Shown here: piece after piece, positions 39,040-49,035 of the stretch | Position numbering within the stretch: position 1 is the first letter of the stretch | Layout of the letters: every line of letters begins with the position of its first letter | From: a virus | Taxonomy: Duplodnaviria > Caudoviricetes | Strand: one strand, 5' to 3' | Virus record (IMG/VR): IMGVR_UViG_3300042545_000830 | Coordinates: 1-61,354 of that record | DNA length: 61,354 nucleotides | Notes under the pieces: model-generated | The model's database searches: none | What the model was told of the DNA's origin: nothing | What the model saw: the letters and a program-made list of their open reading frames with translations, nothing else | Program-made: the position numbers and the translations under genes

Positions 39040-39429
39040 ATGAAAAAATTAAACACCAAAGATTTTTTTAATAAAATTAAAATAAATAAAAATTATGATT
39101 ATATATTTGAATATCAATCAAATTGGAAATTTTTTGAGTTAAATTTAAATAGTAAAAATGGAATTTGGAATACCTTACAAGACAAAATAGAAGAAGTTTG
39201 TGAAGATTCAATTATATCAGCGGATGATATTGATAAATTTCTAGATGAAAATCCAGATATTGAATTTGAATTTGAATTTTTTTTACATATTATGCCAGAA
39301 ATTTTCTTTTTTAAAAAAGAAGGAAAGTTATACTGTTACACATGCAATATAGTAGAAGCAGAAAATAAAAATTATTCCCATGTGATAATAAGATGCTTTT
39401 TTGATACTAAAGAGTTTTTTAGTTTTTAA
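39040..39429 (+). CDS. hypothetical protein
   Basis: 129-aa ORF filling the gap on the opposite strand. Confidence 0.5.
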   Translation: MKKLNTKDFFNKIKINKNYDYIFEYQSNWKFFELNLNSKNGIWNTLQDKIEEVCEDSIISADDIDKFLDENPDIEFEFEFFLHIMPEIFFFKKEGKLYCYTCNIVEAENKNYSHVIIRCFFDTKEFFSF

Positions 39430-39781
39430 TTTGATTTTTTATTTCATTTAAAACCACATATATATATTTTGATTTTAAATATTTTATTTTTGTTCCAGCA
39501 TCAGGCATTTTAATAGGGTTTAAAATTTGATTATAAGAACACAACAACCACCATAATTCCATAGTTCCGTATATTTTATATGATATAGAAACCCAAGTGT
39601 CATTATAATCAACTACATATTCACCTTCAAGTTGTGTATTTTCAGATGGAAATATGTTTATATTTCTTAATAAATTATAATAACGCATATCACTTTCTGT
39701 ATCGTTGTAGATATTAAAAAAATTTTCATATCTATAAACAGAAAGTTTGGGTAAATCATTTATATTATTTTGAGTATCCAT
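39419..39781 (-). CDS. baseplate wedge protein (gp53/LysM-like)
   Basis: DTWVSISYKIYGTMELWWLLCSYNQILNP...GTKIKY. Confidence 0.8.
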   Translation of the reverse strand: MDTQNNINDLPKLSVYRYENFFNIYNDTESDMRYYNLLRNINIFPSENTQLEGEYVVDYNDTWVSISYKIYGTMELWWLLCSYNQILNPIKMPDAGTKIKYLKSKYIYVVLNEIKNQIKN

Positions 39782-39814
39782 ATATTAACTTTAAGGTTGT
39801 GTTGCTGGTGCTGC

Positions 39815-40834
39815 TCATGATCCTCCATTTGCGGGTACTGCTGCTGCATCGGATGCTCTAATACCATTTACAGTGCTTTGAACTGTATCTTTAGCATATT
39901 GTAGACCATTACCATATAATTCAGTAGCAGTATTTTTAATACTTCCAATAACATTAACAGATTTACTTCCTATTGCTCCTGCAAAAGTATTTGAACTGGT
40001 AGCAACCAATTGTTTTAGTGTTATACTAATTTTATATGCTTCTGGTGTTAATATTGTAGTATTTCCTTTATATTCCGATAATTCTCTAGTAGTTCCTATG
40101 CTTAAAATTTCTAAATTTTCAACATATGCTGCTGGCCAATCAATACCACCTAAACAATTTTGAGTTTTTACTTTGTATATTTTTGGTGGAATGTAGGTTA
40201 AAAACGTATTTCTGGTTTTTAAATTTTGAAAAGTTAAAAGAGAAACCAACAAATAGTTATTATATGCATCATTTATCGAAACTGTATTATATAATGGAAA
40301 AGTTATGGTAATAGTTTCTGGTGAAGTTCCGGTAAACATTTGAACATCTTCAGTACCAAAATCACCAAGAACACCGACCGCTAATCCCATTGCTTTTCCT
40401 GCTATATTACCAAGTGTACTACTAGCTTTTTCTCCACTTCCACCCAATATTTTATTCAAATCAAACTCGGTTTTACCCCAACTATTACTTATAGATCTAA
40501 TTTTATCTCCATCTTTTATTAAAAGTGGTAGATTGTACTCAAATCCTGTTGCATTACCATTATATAAAATAGTATATGGATCTAATCCACCGGAAAAAAA
40601 ATCTATAGCAGTATTAGCCAATCTTGCTAATGCCTGAACCCAAACACCAAATTCTAATTCATATTCGATTAATGTAACAGATGGAACCTCGTCGGTGCTA
40701 CCCGCATTTTTCCATCTGAAATTGTCAACTACATTTATTCTTCCGCTACCATTAGGAACGGCTTTTAATGCAGAATTTGCAATATCTATTCCGGGTATAT
40801 CAATCGGAAATTCTCTTTCAGTTAATCGAAACAT
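39815..40834 (-). CDS. baseplate tail-tube cap (gp48-like)
   Basis: ITITFPLYNT, YIPPKIYKV, AYVENLEI, PEAYKISITLKQL; between tape measure and gp53. Confidence 0.6.
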   Translation of the reverse strand: MFRLTEREFPIDIPGIDIANSALKAVPNGSGRINVVDNFRWKNAGSTDEVPSVTLIEYELEFGVWVQALARLANTAIDFFSGGLDPYTILYNGNATGFEYNLPLLIKDGDKIRSISNSWGKTEFDLNKILGGSGEKASSTLGNIAGKAMGLAVGVLGDFGTEDVQMFTGTSPETITITFPLYNTVSINDAYNNYLLVSLLTFQNLKTRNTFLTYIPPKIYKVKTQNCLGGIDWPAAYVENLEILSIGTTRELSEYKGNTTILTPEAYKISITLKQLVATSSNTFAGAIGSKSVNVIGSIKNTATELYGNGLQYAKDTVQSTVNGIRASDAAAVPANGGS

Positions 40835-40851
40835 AATAATACTTATTATGT
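40831..40851 (-). promoter_or_regulatory. hairpin covering start codon with ATAAGTA late promoter
   Basis: acataata (40831-38) / tattatgt (40844-51). Confidence 0.4.
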
Positions 40852-43107
40852 AAACTCTCCTTGGATGGATCTTCTAAAGTTATATATAGAATCCGGTCTG
40901 GTTCCACTCAATATAACATCCAACATATTACCATTAGAACCACCAGAATTGTTAACAACAGAAACATTTGATGGATTTGATTTGTTGTTTTCTAATGATT
41001 CTGGAATTTTATAAATTCCTTTATTTATAGATTGTACCAATAGTGTTAACTCTTTTAATGCTGTGTCAAATACTCCACCAGTTTTATATGCCAACACATT
41101 ATCATCGGGATGTAAAATATTCGCAGTATTTGTATTTTTATCAAAAAGAATAGAGTTACCTTCGGTACTGGTCATTAAACTTTTGAAAGAAAAATCGTCT
41201 TTTCTATCCACTTTAGGTTTTAATTTTCTATATTCTGCCAATCTATTACTTGTCATTGTTAATAAAGCTTGAGACGTTTCCCAATTTTCTCTTGCTTCTC
41301 TTTCTTTTTGATCATCATCAGCAGATGCCCACCACCCCTCGCCATTTGCTTTTGCTATATCATCATATTTTTTCTTTTTTTCTTCTAAATTTTTTCTAGC
41401 ATCTTCTAATTTTGATAATAATAATTTTTCTCGGTCTTCATCATATTTTACTTTATTAGGATCAAAAGGTTTTGCTGAATTTTGAATAGTTCTATTTTCT
41501 ATTGATTTATTATCATCAGAAAAATCAATAGAATCATTTACCTTAATATCTCCTGTATTATCATCATATTCCAATCCATACCATTTCGCTATTGATCCTC
41601 TAAGACCACCTATTTTTGGTACAAAACTTAAAACCCATCTAAACATACTTTTCCTAAGTTGATCTTGAAAGTTATCCCATGAGAAACTTTCATTTCCTTC
41701 TGTTCCAAAAGCATTAGAATTAACCAATGATTGCAATATAGCAGGAAATGGACCTAAGAATGGAGTCTCGGTTAAATAATCTAATGCCCCTCTCCAATTT
41801 CCTTGTCCCAACTCCCAAATACCTCTACCCCATTTAATAAGTCCACCGATAATAGGAATTTCTTGAATGAAATCAACTATCTTATTGACGTAATCCATTT
41901 TTATAGATTGTTTTTCATCCATTGTTGCTCCTCTACCAGCTTTATAATCCAAAAATGCATTTAATGCGGATGCGCCAATAGATAAAGGCAATGCTAATGG
42001 TGCAAGTGGTGTAAATACCAATAAATTTGAAATACCGCCAACCAAATCGATTATACCTGCAATAGTATCTCCCTTTTCAAAACGATCCCAAGCATAGTAA
42101 AAGCTTATTAAACTACCAATAATAGGAATAGTTTTAAAAGCAACAGCACCCATGCCTCTAAATAAACCACCCGCAATTTTAGGTATCAAGGTTTTCCATG
42201 CTGCGGGTGCGGCAGTTGCTCCTGCCTTTACAACATCATCTCCGAATCCTAGTTTGAAAATAGCCTTTAACCCACCTTCTAATAAATCACCAAATGTTGT
42301 AAATGCCTTTCCAGCCAAATTAAACAACCAACCACCACCAATTTTCAATCCACCCATTGTAAAAAATTTTCCAATACCTTCTACGATACCTTCAAATCTA
42401 TCAAATACATCCAGTTTAATTCCTACCCTTTCTTCCAACCAAGGTTTGATATGCTTATCCCAAAATGAAGATATTAACATAGCACCGATACCACCCGCTA
42501 TTAATAAAGATGCTAATGTACCCAATAGTCCATCACCACTACTAGATTCTTCACCTTTAACTGTAGTTCTACCGAATCTTTTTATGTTTTGTTCGTTTAT
42601 TCCGCTTAAAACACCACCCAACTGTTTTATTGTTTCATCTGTAAGAGAAACTTCTGGTGTTTTTTGTGTTAATGTTTGCTGTTCAGCAAATTGATTGACG
42701 GGTTTATTTGAAATTACAGAAGAAATATTTGAATTTGATAAATTTGAAATTTGTGGTTTATCATTTAAATTTAAATTAAGACTATCTAAATTTTTCTTTA
42801 GAATTTCTTCTGTTTTCTTTTTATATTCTTCTCTTAATTCTATTATTCCTAATGGATCGCTATATTGATCTATAATTTCCTTTTTTCCTTTAGTATCTTC
42901 TATTTTTTTCTCTACTTTTGAATAATAATCCTTTGCTTTATTAAAAGTTGGTGTTACATACTTCTCTTTAAACTCTTTTTTTAAATTTTGTAGGTAATCT
43001 ATACCAGTTTCATCAGAAGTGAGTAATAATTTTAATACTTCAGTTGAATCTACCTCATTAGAGATAAATTTTGATAATACATCATCAATAGAAACTGTTC
43101 CTGTCAT
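40846..43107 (-). CDS. tape measure-like protein (gp29-like)
   Basis: 753 aa, helical, Gly/Ala-rich hydrophobic centre with IPIIG repeats; tail module position. Confidence 0.65.
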   Translation of the reverse strand: MTGTVSIDDVLSKFISNEVDSTEVLKLLLTSDETGIDYLQNLKKEFKEKYVTPTFNKAKDYYSKVEKKIEDTKGKKEIIDQYSDPLGIIELREEYKKKTEEILKKNLDSLNLNLNDKPQISNLSNSNISSVISNKPVNQFAEQQTLTQKTPEVSLTDETIKQLGGVLSGINEQNIKRFGRTTVKGEESSSGDGLLGTLASLLIAGGIGAMLISSFWDKHIKPWLEERVGIKLDVFDRFEGIVEGIGKFFTMGGLKIGGGWLFNLAGKAFTTFGDLLEGGLKAIFKLGFGDDVVKAGATAAPAAWKTLIPKIAGGLFRGMGAVAFKTIPIIGSLISFYYAWDRFEKGDTIAGIIDLVGGISNLLVFTPLAPLALPLSIGASALNAFLDYKAGRGATMDEKQSIKMDYVNKIVDFIQEIPIIGGLIKWGRGIWELGQGNWRGALDYLTETPFLGPFPAILQSLVNSNAFGTEGNESFSWDNFQDQLRKSMFRWVLSFVPKIGGLRGSIAKWYGLEYDDNTGDIKVNDSIDFSDDNKSIENRTIQNSAKPFDPNKVKYDEDREKLLLSKLEDARKNLEEKKKKYDDIAKANGEGWWASADDDQKEREARENWETSQALLTMTSNRLAEYRKLKPKVDRKDDFSFKSLMTSTEGNSILFDKNTNTANILHPDDNVLAYKTGGVFDTALKELTLLVQSINKGIYKIPESLENNKSNPSNVSVVNNSGGSNGNMLDVILSGTRPDSIYNFRRSIQGEFT

Positions 43108-43132
43108 ATATTAATACTTAGATTAATATATG
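43105..43132 (-). promoter_or_regulatory. hairpin covering start codon with CTAAGTA late promoter in loop
   Basis: Perfect 11-bp inverted repeat catatattaat / attaatatatg, 6-nt loop. Confidence 0.55.
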
Positions 43133-43135
43133 TTT

Positions 43136-43969
43136 TTAATTCAAAAATAGTACACTATCAATATTTAATACTTTAGTATATGTTTTTCCATCTTCTACAA
43201 TAGAAAGTGTTAATATAGAATCAATTTCGGCTTTCCATTTTGAAACAATTGCTAATATTTTCTGTAAAATACCACTAGGAAGCTTTTCTACCAATTTAAT
43301 TTTCTTTAAAAAATCTACATTTTCAAAATTTAAATTATTATCATTAATATAAATGGTTTTAATGTATTTTGTTGTTTCTCCTATGAATGCTTCCGATACA
43401 ATTCTTTGTATTTCATCACTATCTTTAATATCATCTACCTTTTTTTCTTTTTTGTGCAATTGTTCTTCATATTGCAATTCATTTTGTATAGTAGGAACAG
43501 ATATTTCCAGTTTTATCTTTACATTTTGATTATCCACTTCTATAAATTCATTATCTGGTGTTTCAAATGTTTTAAATTTTTCAATTATAGGTTTTAAACT
43601 TACTTTTTTGACAATATTGTTTTTTTCATCAAATGTTATAGATGTTTCGTCTGATATTTTATCCTTTAATGAAACAGCAATAGAAAATTTATCAAAAACC
43701 GTAAAATTATTCAAATCTTCAGAGTTTTTTTTGTCTAAAAAGTTGGAATTTAGTATATTATACAAATTTTTTACGAAATTTGTATTGTAAATAGATGAAT
43801 TCATTGCAGTACTCAACATGTTTTTCTGTTGTTTTGCATCAATTTCTTTAAATGTGTACTCTTTTTTCTTAGAAGGTATCCAAACATTTACACTAAATGT
43901 TTCTGATACAGTGTCTAATACCTTTAAAGCATCTTCAAAATTTAAAATATTATTATTTTCTTCTTCCAT
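43136..43969 (-). CDS. baseplate hub assembly protein (gp26-like)
   Basis: VWIPS..K.YTFKEIDAKQQK, LTVFD-like motif, VEKLP. Confidence 0.65.
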   Translation of the reverse strand: MEEENNNILNFEDALKVLDTVSETFSVNVWIPSKKKEYTFKEIDAKQQKNMLSTAMNSSIYNTNFVKNLYNILNSNFLDKKNSEDLNNFTVFDKFSIAVSLKDKISDETSITFDEKNNIVKKVSLKPIIEKFKTFETPDNEFIEVDNQNVKIKLEISVPTIQNELQYEEQLHKKEKKVDDIKDSDEIQRIVSEAFIGETTKYIKTIYINDNNLNFENVDFLKKIKLVEKLPSGILQKILAIVSKWKAEIDSILTLSIVEDGKTYTKVLNIDSVLFLN

Positions 43970-43971
43970 AA

Positions 43972-44967
43972 TCAATAATTAGGTGGAATATCACCAAATT
44001 CAACGGCTAAATCATCAACAGATTTTGAATTTTTTCTTTCAAACATATCATTTTCTATTATATCGCTATTATCTTGCTTACTTTTCTGCTGTGATTTGAT
44101 AAAAGATATATAAACCTTCCTTTCAGAAGGAGAAATATCCATAACATAATTGGAATTCACATGAAAATTTGATAAAATGTATATTTCTTCATATATACTT
44201 TTAGCATTTTGAGTAAAAAATACTCTTAATAAGTCAACAAAAAACAGATTGTAAAAATTTATTTTCTGATCTTTGAATATATCTATATTAAGAATGTTAT
44301 CAGAACCCAATTTGGTAATACAATCTATTATTATCTTTTCGGTTTTATCTTTTAATGATACTGGAAAAGATTCATATGCTTTTAATTTTTGTTCATATGA
44401 ATATTCTTCAAAATTTATAACTTCATTTTTGATTTTTATGTTTTTTATGAACAATGGCAAAGAAGATAATACCTTTTCTCCAATTTCTTTTTCACTAATC
44501 ATGTTATCGTAAAAGAATTTAACATTAGATAGTTGAGGATAACCAATTGTTATCAACATATCTCGTTTTTCATCATAAATATATGAATTTTCTAGTGAAT
44601 TTATAGAAATATTCAGTAAATTTTGCATTATTTCCTTCAAATCTACCTTAATTTTAACATTATCAACGTCTTCTCTATCAGATTTTATGTTAAATTCAAT
44701 TAAATTGCCAACACTAACGATTCGGAGCTTCAAACAAAACAAAATATACTCTATAATGTCTAATTTTTCAAAATCTTCCTTGTTTTCGACACAATCTTTT
44801 ATGATTTTTGTGAAATTCTCATGATAATCTAAATAAAAATCAGGTGATTGTGGATAATATAGATTTATTTTCTCAATATCTAATTGATTTCTAGTAGAAA
44901 GTTCTTTAAAATTTAATATTCTATTCGAAAAAGGAAAATCTGCTCTATATAAAAACATTTTAGACAT
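43972..44967 (-). CDS. baseplate hub assembly protein (gp26-like with gp51-like C-terminus)
   Basis: LKLRIVSVG..IE, IGYP, YESFP; C-terminal YVMDISPSERKVYI. Confidence 0.65.
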   Translation of the reverse strand: MSKMFLYRADFPFSNRILNFKELSTRNQLDIEKINLYYPQSPDFYLDYHENFTKIIKDCVENKEDFEKLDIIEYILFCLKLRIVSVGNLIEFNIKSDREDVDNVKIKVDLKEIMQNLLNISINSLENSYIYDEKRDMLITIGYPQLSNVKFFYDNMISEKEIGEKVLSSLPLFIKNIKIKNEVINFEEYSYEQKLKAYESFPVSLKDKTEKIIIDCITKLGSDNILNIDIFKDQKINFYNLFFVDLLRVFFTQNAKSIYEEIYILSNFHVNSNYVMDISPSERKVYISFIKSQQKSKQDNSDIIENDMFERKNSKSVDDLAVEFGDIPPNY

Positions 44968-45004
44968 CCGTATATTTAAAAAAATATTTTAAAAATCAAA
45001 TTAT

Positions 45005-45826
45005 TTATACTTTTGATATAAAATCTTTCTCTCTATATTCGTTATATTTATTATTTCCGTTTGTTTTAAGTTTATCAGTAAAGTTTCTAATTATAGAATT
45101 GTCGGTGGATATCATTCTTCTGCTATCCACATCTTGAACAAAATAACCATCATATGCAAATGTAACATTGCTATATTTTAATCCATCTTGAGCATAAGAA
45201 TATTCTTCTCCGTCTATTGATATAGGAGCAAGATTATAAAATCTGTATAATTTTCTTATTAACATAGGTCTTTTAGCACCAGATTTTGCTAACATTATTA
45301 CATCCGCGAATCTACATTTAACAGCCCTTGGTGAATCACTGGCTCTTGCAACTAAACCATTATATCCCACCGATACAACCCAAGGTCTTATTATTAAATC
45401 TAAAAAAGAAGCATTAGTTTCTAAAAAAGTAACTGTCAATGATTGATATTTTTGTCTATTTGATGCTGTGGCAGGTGCTTGAAACCCACCATAATCCAAT
45501 CCGTTGTTTCCAGCATCTATTTTCTCAGATGGTAAATTGACTTGTCTGGCAAAAACGCAACCAGTTAAATTTTGATCTGCATATTGTAACCCACCATCCA
45601 ACAAATGACCAATTGATGTGTTAGAAATAGACCAACCATCTCTACGAAAATTAGATTCTCTGTCTCTTAGTTCACCTGTTATATTGCTATTTAAAGCATT
45701 AACCGAACTAAAATCAAAATAAATAAACCATTGACTAGCTAGTGCTACATTGGTTGACCATTTTCCTAATAAACTTAAATAATAGGAATATGGACTATTT
45801 TCTTGATTAAAATAAGACAAAGACAT
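45005..45826 (-). CDS. baseplate tail-tube initiator (gp54-like, tube fold)
   Basis: ARQVNLPSE, LTVTFLET, YRFYNLAPISI, VTFAYD. Confidence 0.65.
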   Translation of the reverse strand: MSLSYFNQENSPYSYYLSLLGKWSTNVALASQWFIYFDFSSVNALNSNITGELRDRESNFRRDGWSISNTSIGHLLDGGLQYADQNLTGCVFARQVNLPSEKIDAGNNGLDYGGFQAPATASNRQKYQSLTVTFLETNASFLDLIIRPWVVSVGYNGLVARASDSPRAVKCRFADVIMLAKSGAKRPMLIRKLYRFYNLAPISIDGEEYSYAQDGLKYSNVTFAYDGYFVQDVDSRRMISTDNSIIRNFTDKLKTNGNNKYNEYREKDFISKV

Positions 45827-45850
45827 ATATAATATTTATGTCTTTGTCTT
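45814..45850 (-). promoter_or_regulatory. hairpin covering start codon, overlapping ATAAATA late promoter
   Basis: Perfect 14-bp inverted repeat aagacaaagacata / tatgtctttgtctt, 9-nt loop. Confidence 0.7.
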
Positions 45851-45855
45851 TATTA

Positions 45856-46434
45856 TTAATTAGAATTTGGTGACAATCTCCAATATTGATATGCTAGTGT
45901 AACTTGTTGTTTCATTATTTCACCAGCAGTTGTGATATCTAAATTAATATCACCGATATTTTGGCAATATACACCATAAAAGGTATAGGTTCTAAGAGCT
46001 TCACCCTTTTTATCAATTAACACCATTTCCATTTGATTTGTAATAGCATTACTTGGAATATTATATTCACCAGAACTATCAATATCATTGAAAATTTCTC
46101 TAGACCATTGTTCAAATTTTCTTCTTACTGATAAACCTTGTGGAATTCTGAATGTTACGCTATATGCTCCACTGTTGTTGTACGTAGCCGTACCGGGAAC
46201 ATTGAACACAAGACCCATAAAAGGTACTGGAATGTTGGTAATCGATCTACCGGGTAGAGTCGTGGACTCTACATACAACAACTCTCCATTTTCAAAACGT
46301 TGATCACCTAATCTAGTAACTCTAAATAAATTGGTTCTAGCAAAATCATTGCTGGCAGCAACATTATAAAAATTTTCTATTCCATATTTATCTAAATATT
46401 TTCCGCCTACTTTTTTAAATTCTGGTATATTCAT
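45856..46434 (-). CDS. gp19: tail tube protein (gp19)
   Basis: ARTNLFRV, STTLPGRSI..IPVPFMG...VPG, RRKFEQW, YTFYGVY, VTLAYQYW. Confidence 0.88.
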   Translation of the reverse strand: MNIPEFKKVGGKYLDKYGIENFYNVAASNDFARTNLFRVTRLGDQRFENGELLYVESTTLPGRSITNIPVPFMGLVFNVPGTATYNNSGAYSVTFRIPQGLSVRRKFEQWSREIFNDIDSSGEYNIPSNAITNQMEMVLIDKKGEALRTYTFYGVYCQNIGDINLDITTAGEIMKQQVTLAYQYWRLSPNSN

Positions 46435-46449
46435 ATGTTAATATTTATC

Positions 46450-48663
46450 TTAGGAAATCAATTCTTCGAAATTTACTCCGGTTCTGGTTGCAATGAAATC
46501 TGCTAATATAAATTCAGCAGTTCTAACAGGTTGAATGTATATAGAAACTCTCATTTCATTGTTATCAATTGTAGATGGTGGATTATTTCTTTCATCACAA
46601 ACAATTGTGTAATCGTATAAACCATCATTTAATCTTGCTTCATCGAAAAGTGGTGTTAATGCACCAACAACTCTGCTTCTTGTGGTAAATGAATTTGGTT
46701 CGAATACAAAAAGTTTAAGAACTTCTTGAGTAGATTTTTCCAATGTTAAGAACAATCTACGAACATTGATTCTATCGAATGCCGAAGGCTTGCGATATAG
46801 AGTTTTTTGACCAAATATTACATTTCCATCATTTTGGAAGAATGCAATCGGATTTATGTTAACTTTATACAATAAATCTCTTTGTTTTTGAGTTGGATTA
46901 ATAGCCAAATCAATAACATTAGTCAATTTACCTCTATTGAAACCAGCAGGAGCAGACCAAGGATATGCTATCTGTGATGAAGATGCCATTACAGCAGCAA
47001 CATATCCAGATGCAGGAATCCAGCATAAGGTATCAGATTTAGAATCATTGGTTCTAATCCAGTTACCGTATGTTGCAACATAACTTGATTCTATTCCACC
47101 GTAAAGATTTCTCAATGTCCAATATATATCCTTTGAGAAAACAAAGTTTTTATTCTTTGCTGTTTTAGTATTTGAACCTTGTACAAATATATTTCTTAAT
47201 GGATCAGAAATAAATAAATGATCTTTTCTGGTTTGATCGGCAAAGGTATAAAATTGATTTATAACCTTTAAATATTCATCTCTTGCTGTGCATGATGGAT
47301 TACTACCAGTAGTATCTAATAAACCTGTATTTGCCGTTCCATTTGTTAAATCGACATTATATAGATCATCGAAAACAATTGGTTCTGATGAAAAATTAGG
47401 ATCCAATTTTCTTGTTTTAGCACTAGCCCAAATAGTTCCTAAACCAGCTTCGGCAACAATGTCTAAATTTATAATATCATCATTTTCCAAGCATCTTAAA
47501 ACTCTTTCTAATTTTGCTGGTACGTTATCAACAATTTTAGAATTTTTATCTGTGTCAGAAACATATACACCAATTCCGTATAAATTTTTAGCACCGTTTG
47601 ATACTCTAACTTTTTTAGTTGGATTTCCACTACCATCTATCCAATTTCCAGTATTTGAAATATATGGATTTGTTAATATTCTAATATTATTTGAATTTGT
47701 ATTTACGACATTATCTAAGAATGATGTATTAGGTGATCCACCATTTGGATTATTTAATTGTCTTAATGAGTATAATGAACCAGTGTAACCTTCACTTACA
47801 ACATAATCTAATGAAACCGTATCTTGTTTGTAAATGGAAGGTCTTATTTTAAACAACATGGTTGTCAAATAATCATTAAATACATTTGATGAAAATTCAT
47901 ATCCAGTAGGATAATTTTCAATAATTTCTGATATAGAATCTTTTGCTAAAGTATTAGCATCTCCCGATAATTGAAAATTTAATCTATTCGCTGGAATAGA
48001 TACAAATGTTTGTTTTGTATCAGTAGAACTAGAATAAGCTTGCATTCCTGTTATGGAATCGAATTTTGTATATGGGTTATTATTACTGTTATCAGCAAAC
48101 CCCATATAATATCCTTCAAAAACATTATTTATAGATGTTTTTGCATCATTGACCACAACTATACCACCATAACCAATATTACTAAAATCATTAATTGGTA
48201 AATTTCTATATGAACTGAGCCATGCAACATCATTTGTTACTAATTTTTCATATTCATCATCTGATAAAAGAATAGATACAGGAGGAAGAATTTGATATTC
48301 GGTAGCTGTTTCATAACCATTGTTACTATTTGATGATATAGGAAATACTAATGCACTATATTTATTAGAAAAACCATCTCCCAAATTATTACCATATGGC
48401 ATTCTTGTTACTAATAAATTAGCAGGAGAGGTTGTTAAAATTTGTTTTGCAGAATGATACAAATATCTTTCTGCTGCATTAGTAGGAAGACCGTAAACTG
48501 ATTCAAATTCAGAAACGCTTGTAATATTGATGACTTCATCTGTTGGACCTTGTGGGGCAAAACCTGTTATGAAAACATTAGTTTCTCCACTGGGTCTTGT
48601 TATTGCGCTTAAATCAATTTCGTTAATTTGTACTCCGGGTGATGATATAGTTCTTGCTGCCAT
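46450..48663 (-). CDS. gp18: tail sheath protein (gp18)
   Basis: SPGVQINEIDLS, WSAPAGFNRG, INPI, FGQKTL, SAFDRINVRRLF, FEPN; likely start 48663. Confidence 0.95.
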   Translation of the reverse strand: MAARTISSPGVQINEIDLSAITRPSGETNVFITGFAPQGPTDEVINITSVSEFESVYGLPTNAAERYLYHSAKQILTTSPANLLVTRMPYGNNLGDGFSNKYSALVFPISSNSNNGYETATEYQILPPVSILLSDDEYEKLVTNDVAWLSSYRNLPINDFSNIGYGGIVVVNDAKTSINNVFEGYYMGFADNSNNNPYTKFDSITGMQAYSSSTDTKQTFVSIPANRLNFQLSGDANTLAKDSISEIIENYPTGYEFSSNVFNDYLTTMLFKIRPSIYKQDTVSLDYVVSEGYTGSLYSLRQLNNPNGGSPNTSFLDNVVNTNSNNIRILTNPYISNTGNWIDGSGNPTKKVRVSNGAKNLYGIGVYVSDTDKNSKIVDNVPAKLERVLRCLENDDIINLDIVAEAGLGTIWASAKTRKLDPNFSSEPIVFDDLYNVDLTNGTANTGLLDTTGSNPSCTARDEYLKVINQFYTFADQTRKDHLFISDPLRNIFVQGSNTKTAKNKNFVFSKDIYWTLRNLYGGIESSYVATYGNWIRTNDSKSDTLCWIPASGYVAAVMASSSQIAYPWSAPAGFNRGKLTNVIDLAINPTQKQRDLLYKVNINPIAFFQNDGNVIFGQKTLYRKPSAFDRINVRRLFLTLEKSTQEVLKLFVFEPNSFTTRSRVVGALTPLFDEARLNDGLYDYTIVCDERNNPPSTIDNNEMRVSIYIQPVRTAEFILADFIATRTGVNFEELIS

Positions 48664-48744
48664 AATTGTATATCTATATTTATCTTTAATTTTTACCACT
48701 TTCCCAATAAATGTTTTTAATCGTATTGTAGAGTAAGTAATAAT

Positions 48745-49026
48745 ATGAATAAATTCGATTTGTGTGTATCAAAAATTTTAGAAGAAGCTGCAAAATGCAC
48801 TGGACCTACTAAGAAAGCATCATCTGATCGTAAAGGTAAGAAATGGACTAAATGTGCTAAACAATCTGATGGTTCTTATAAACGAATCCACTGGGGTCAA
48901 GCTGGCGTTAGAGTAACAGGAAAATCCGGAAACACAAAACGTAAAAAATCGTTTAAGGCGAGGCATAACTGTAGTAATGCTAAAAAAGGATCTCCCCAAG
49001 CAGCTGCTTGCTCAGATTGGCGATAG
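48745..49026 (+). CDS. small basic protein (DUF6321-like)
   Basis: IHWGQAG...RKKSFKARHNC...ACSDW; GTAAGTA 5 nt before ATG. Confidence 0.7.
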   Translation: MNKFDLCVSKILEEAAKCTGPTKKASSDRKGKKWTKCAKQSDGSYKRIHWGQAGVRVTGKSGNTKRKKSFKARHNCSNAKKGSPQAAACSDWR

Positions 49027-49035
49027 CATTTGACG

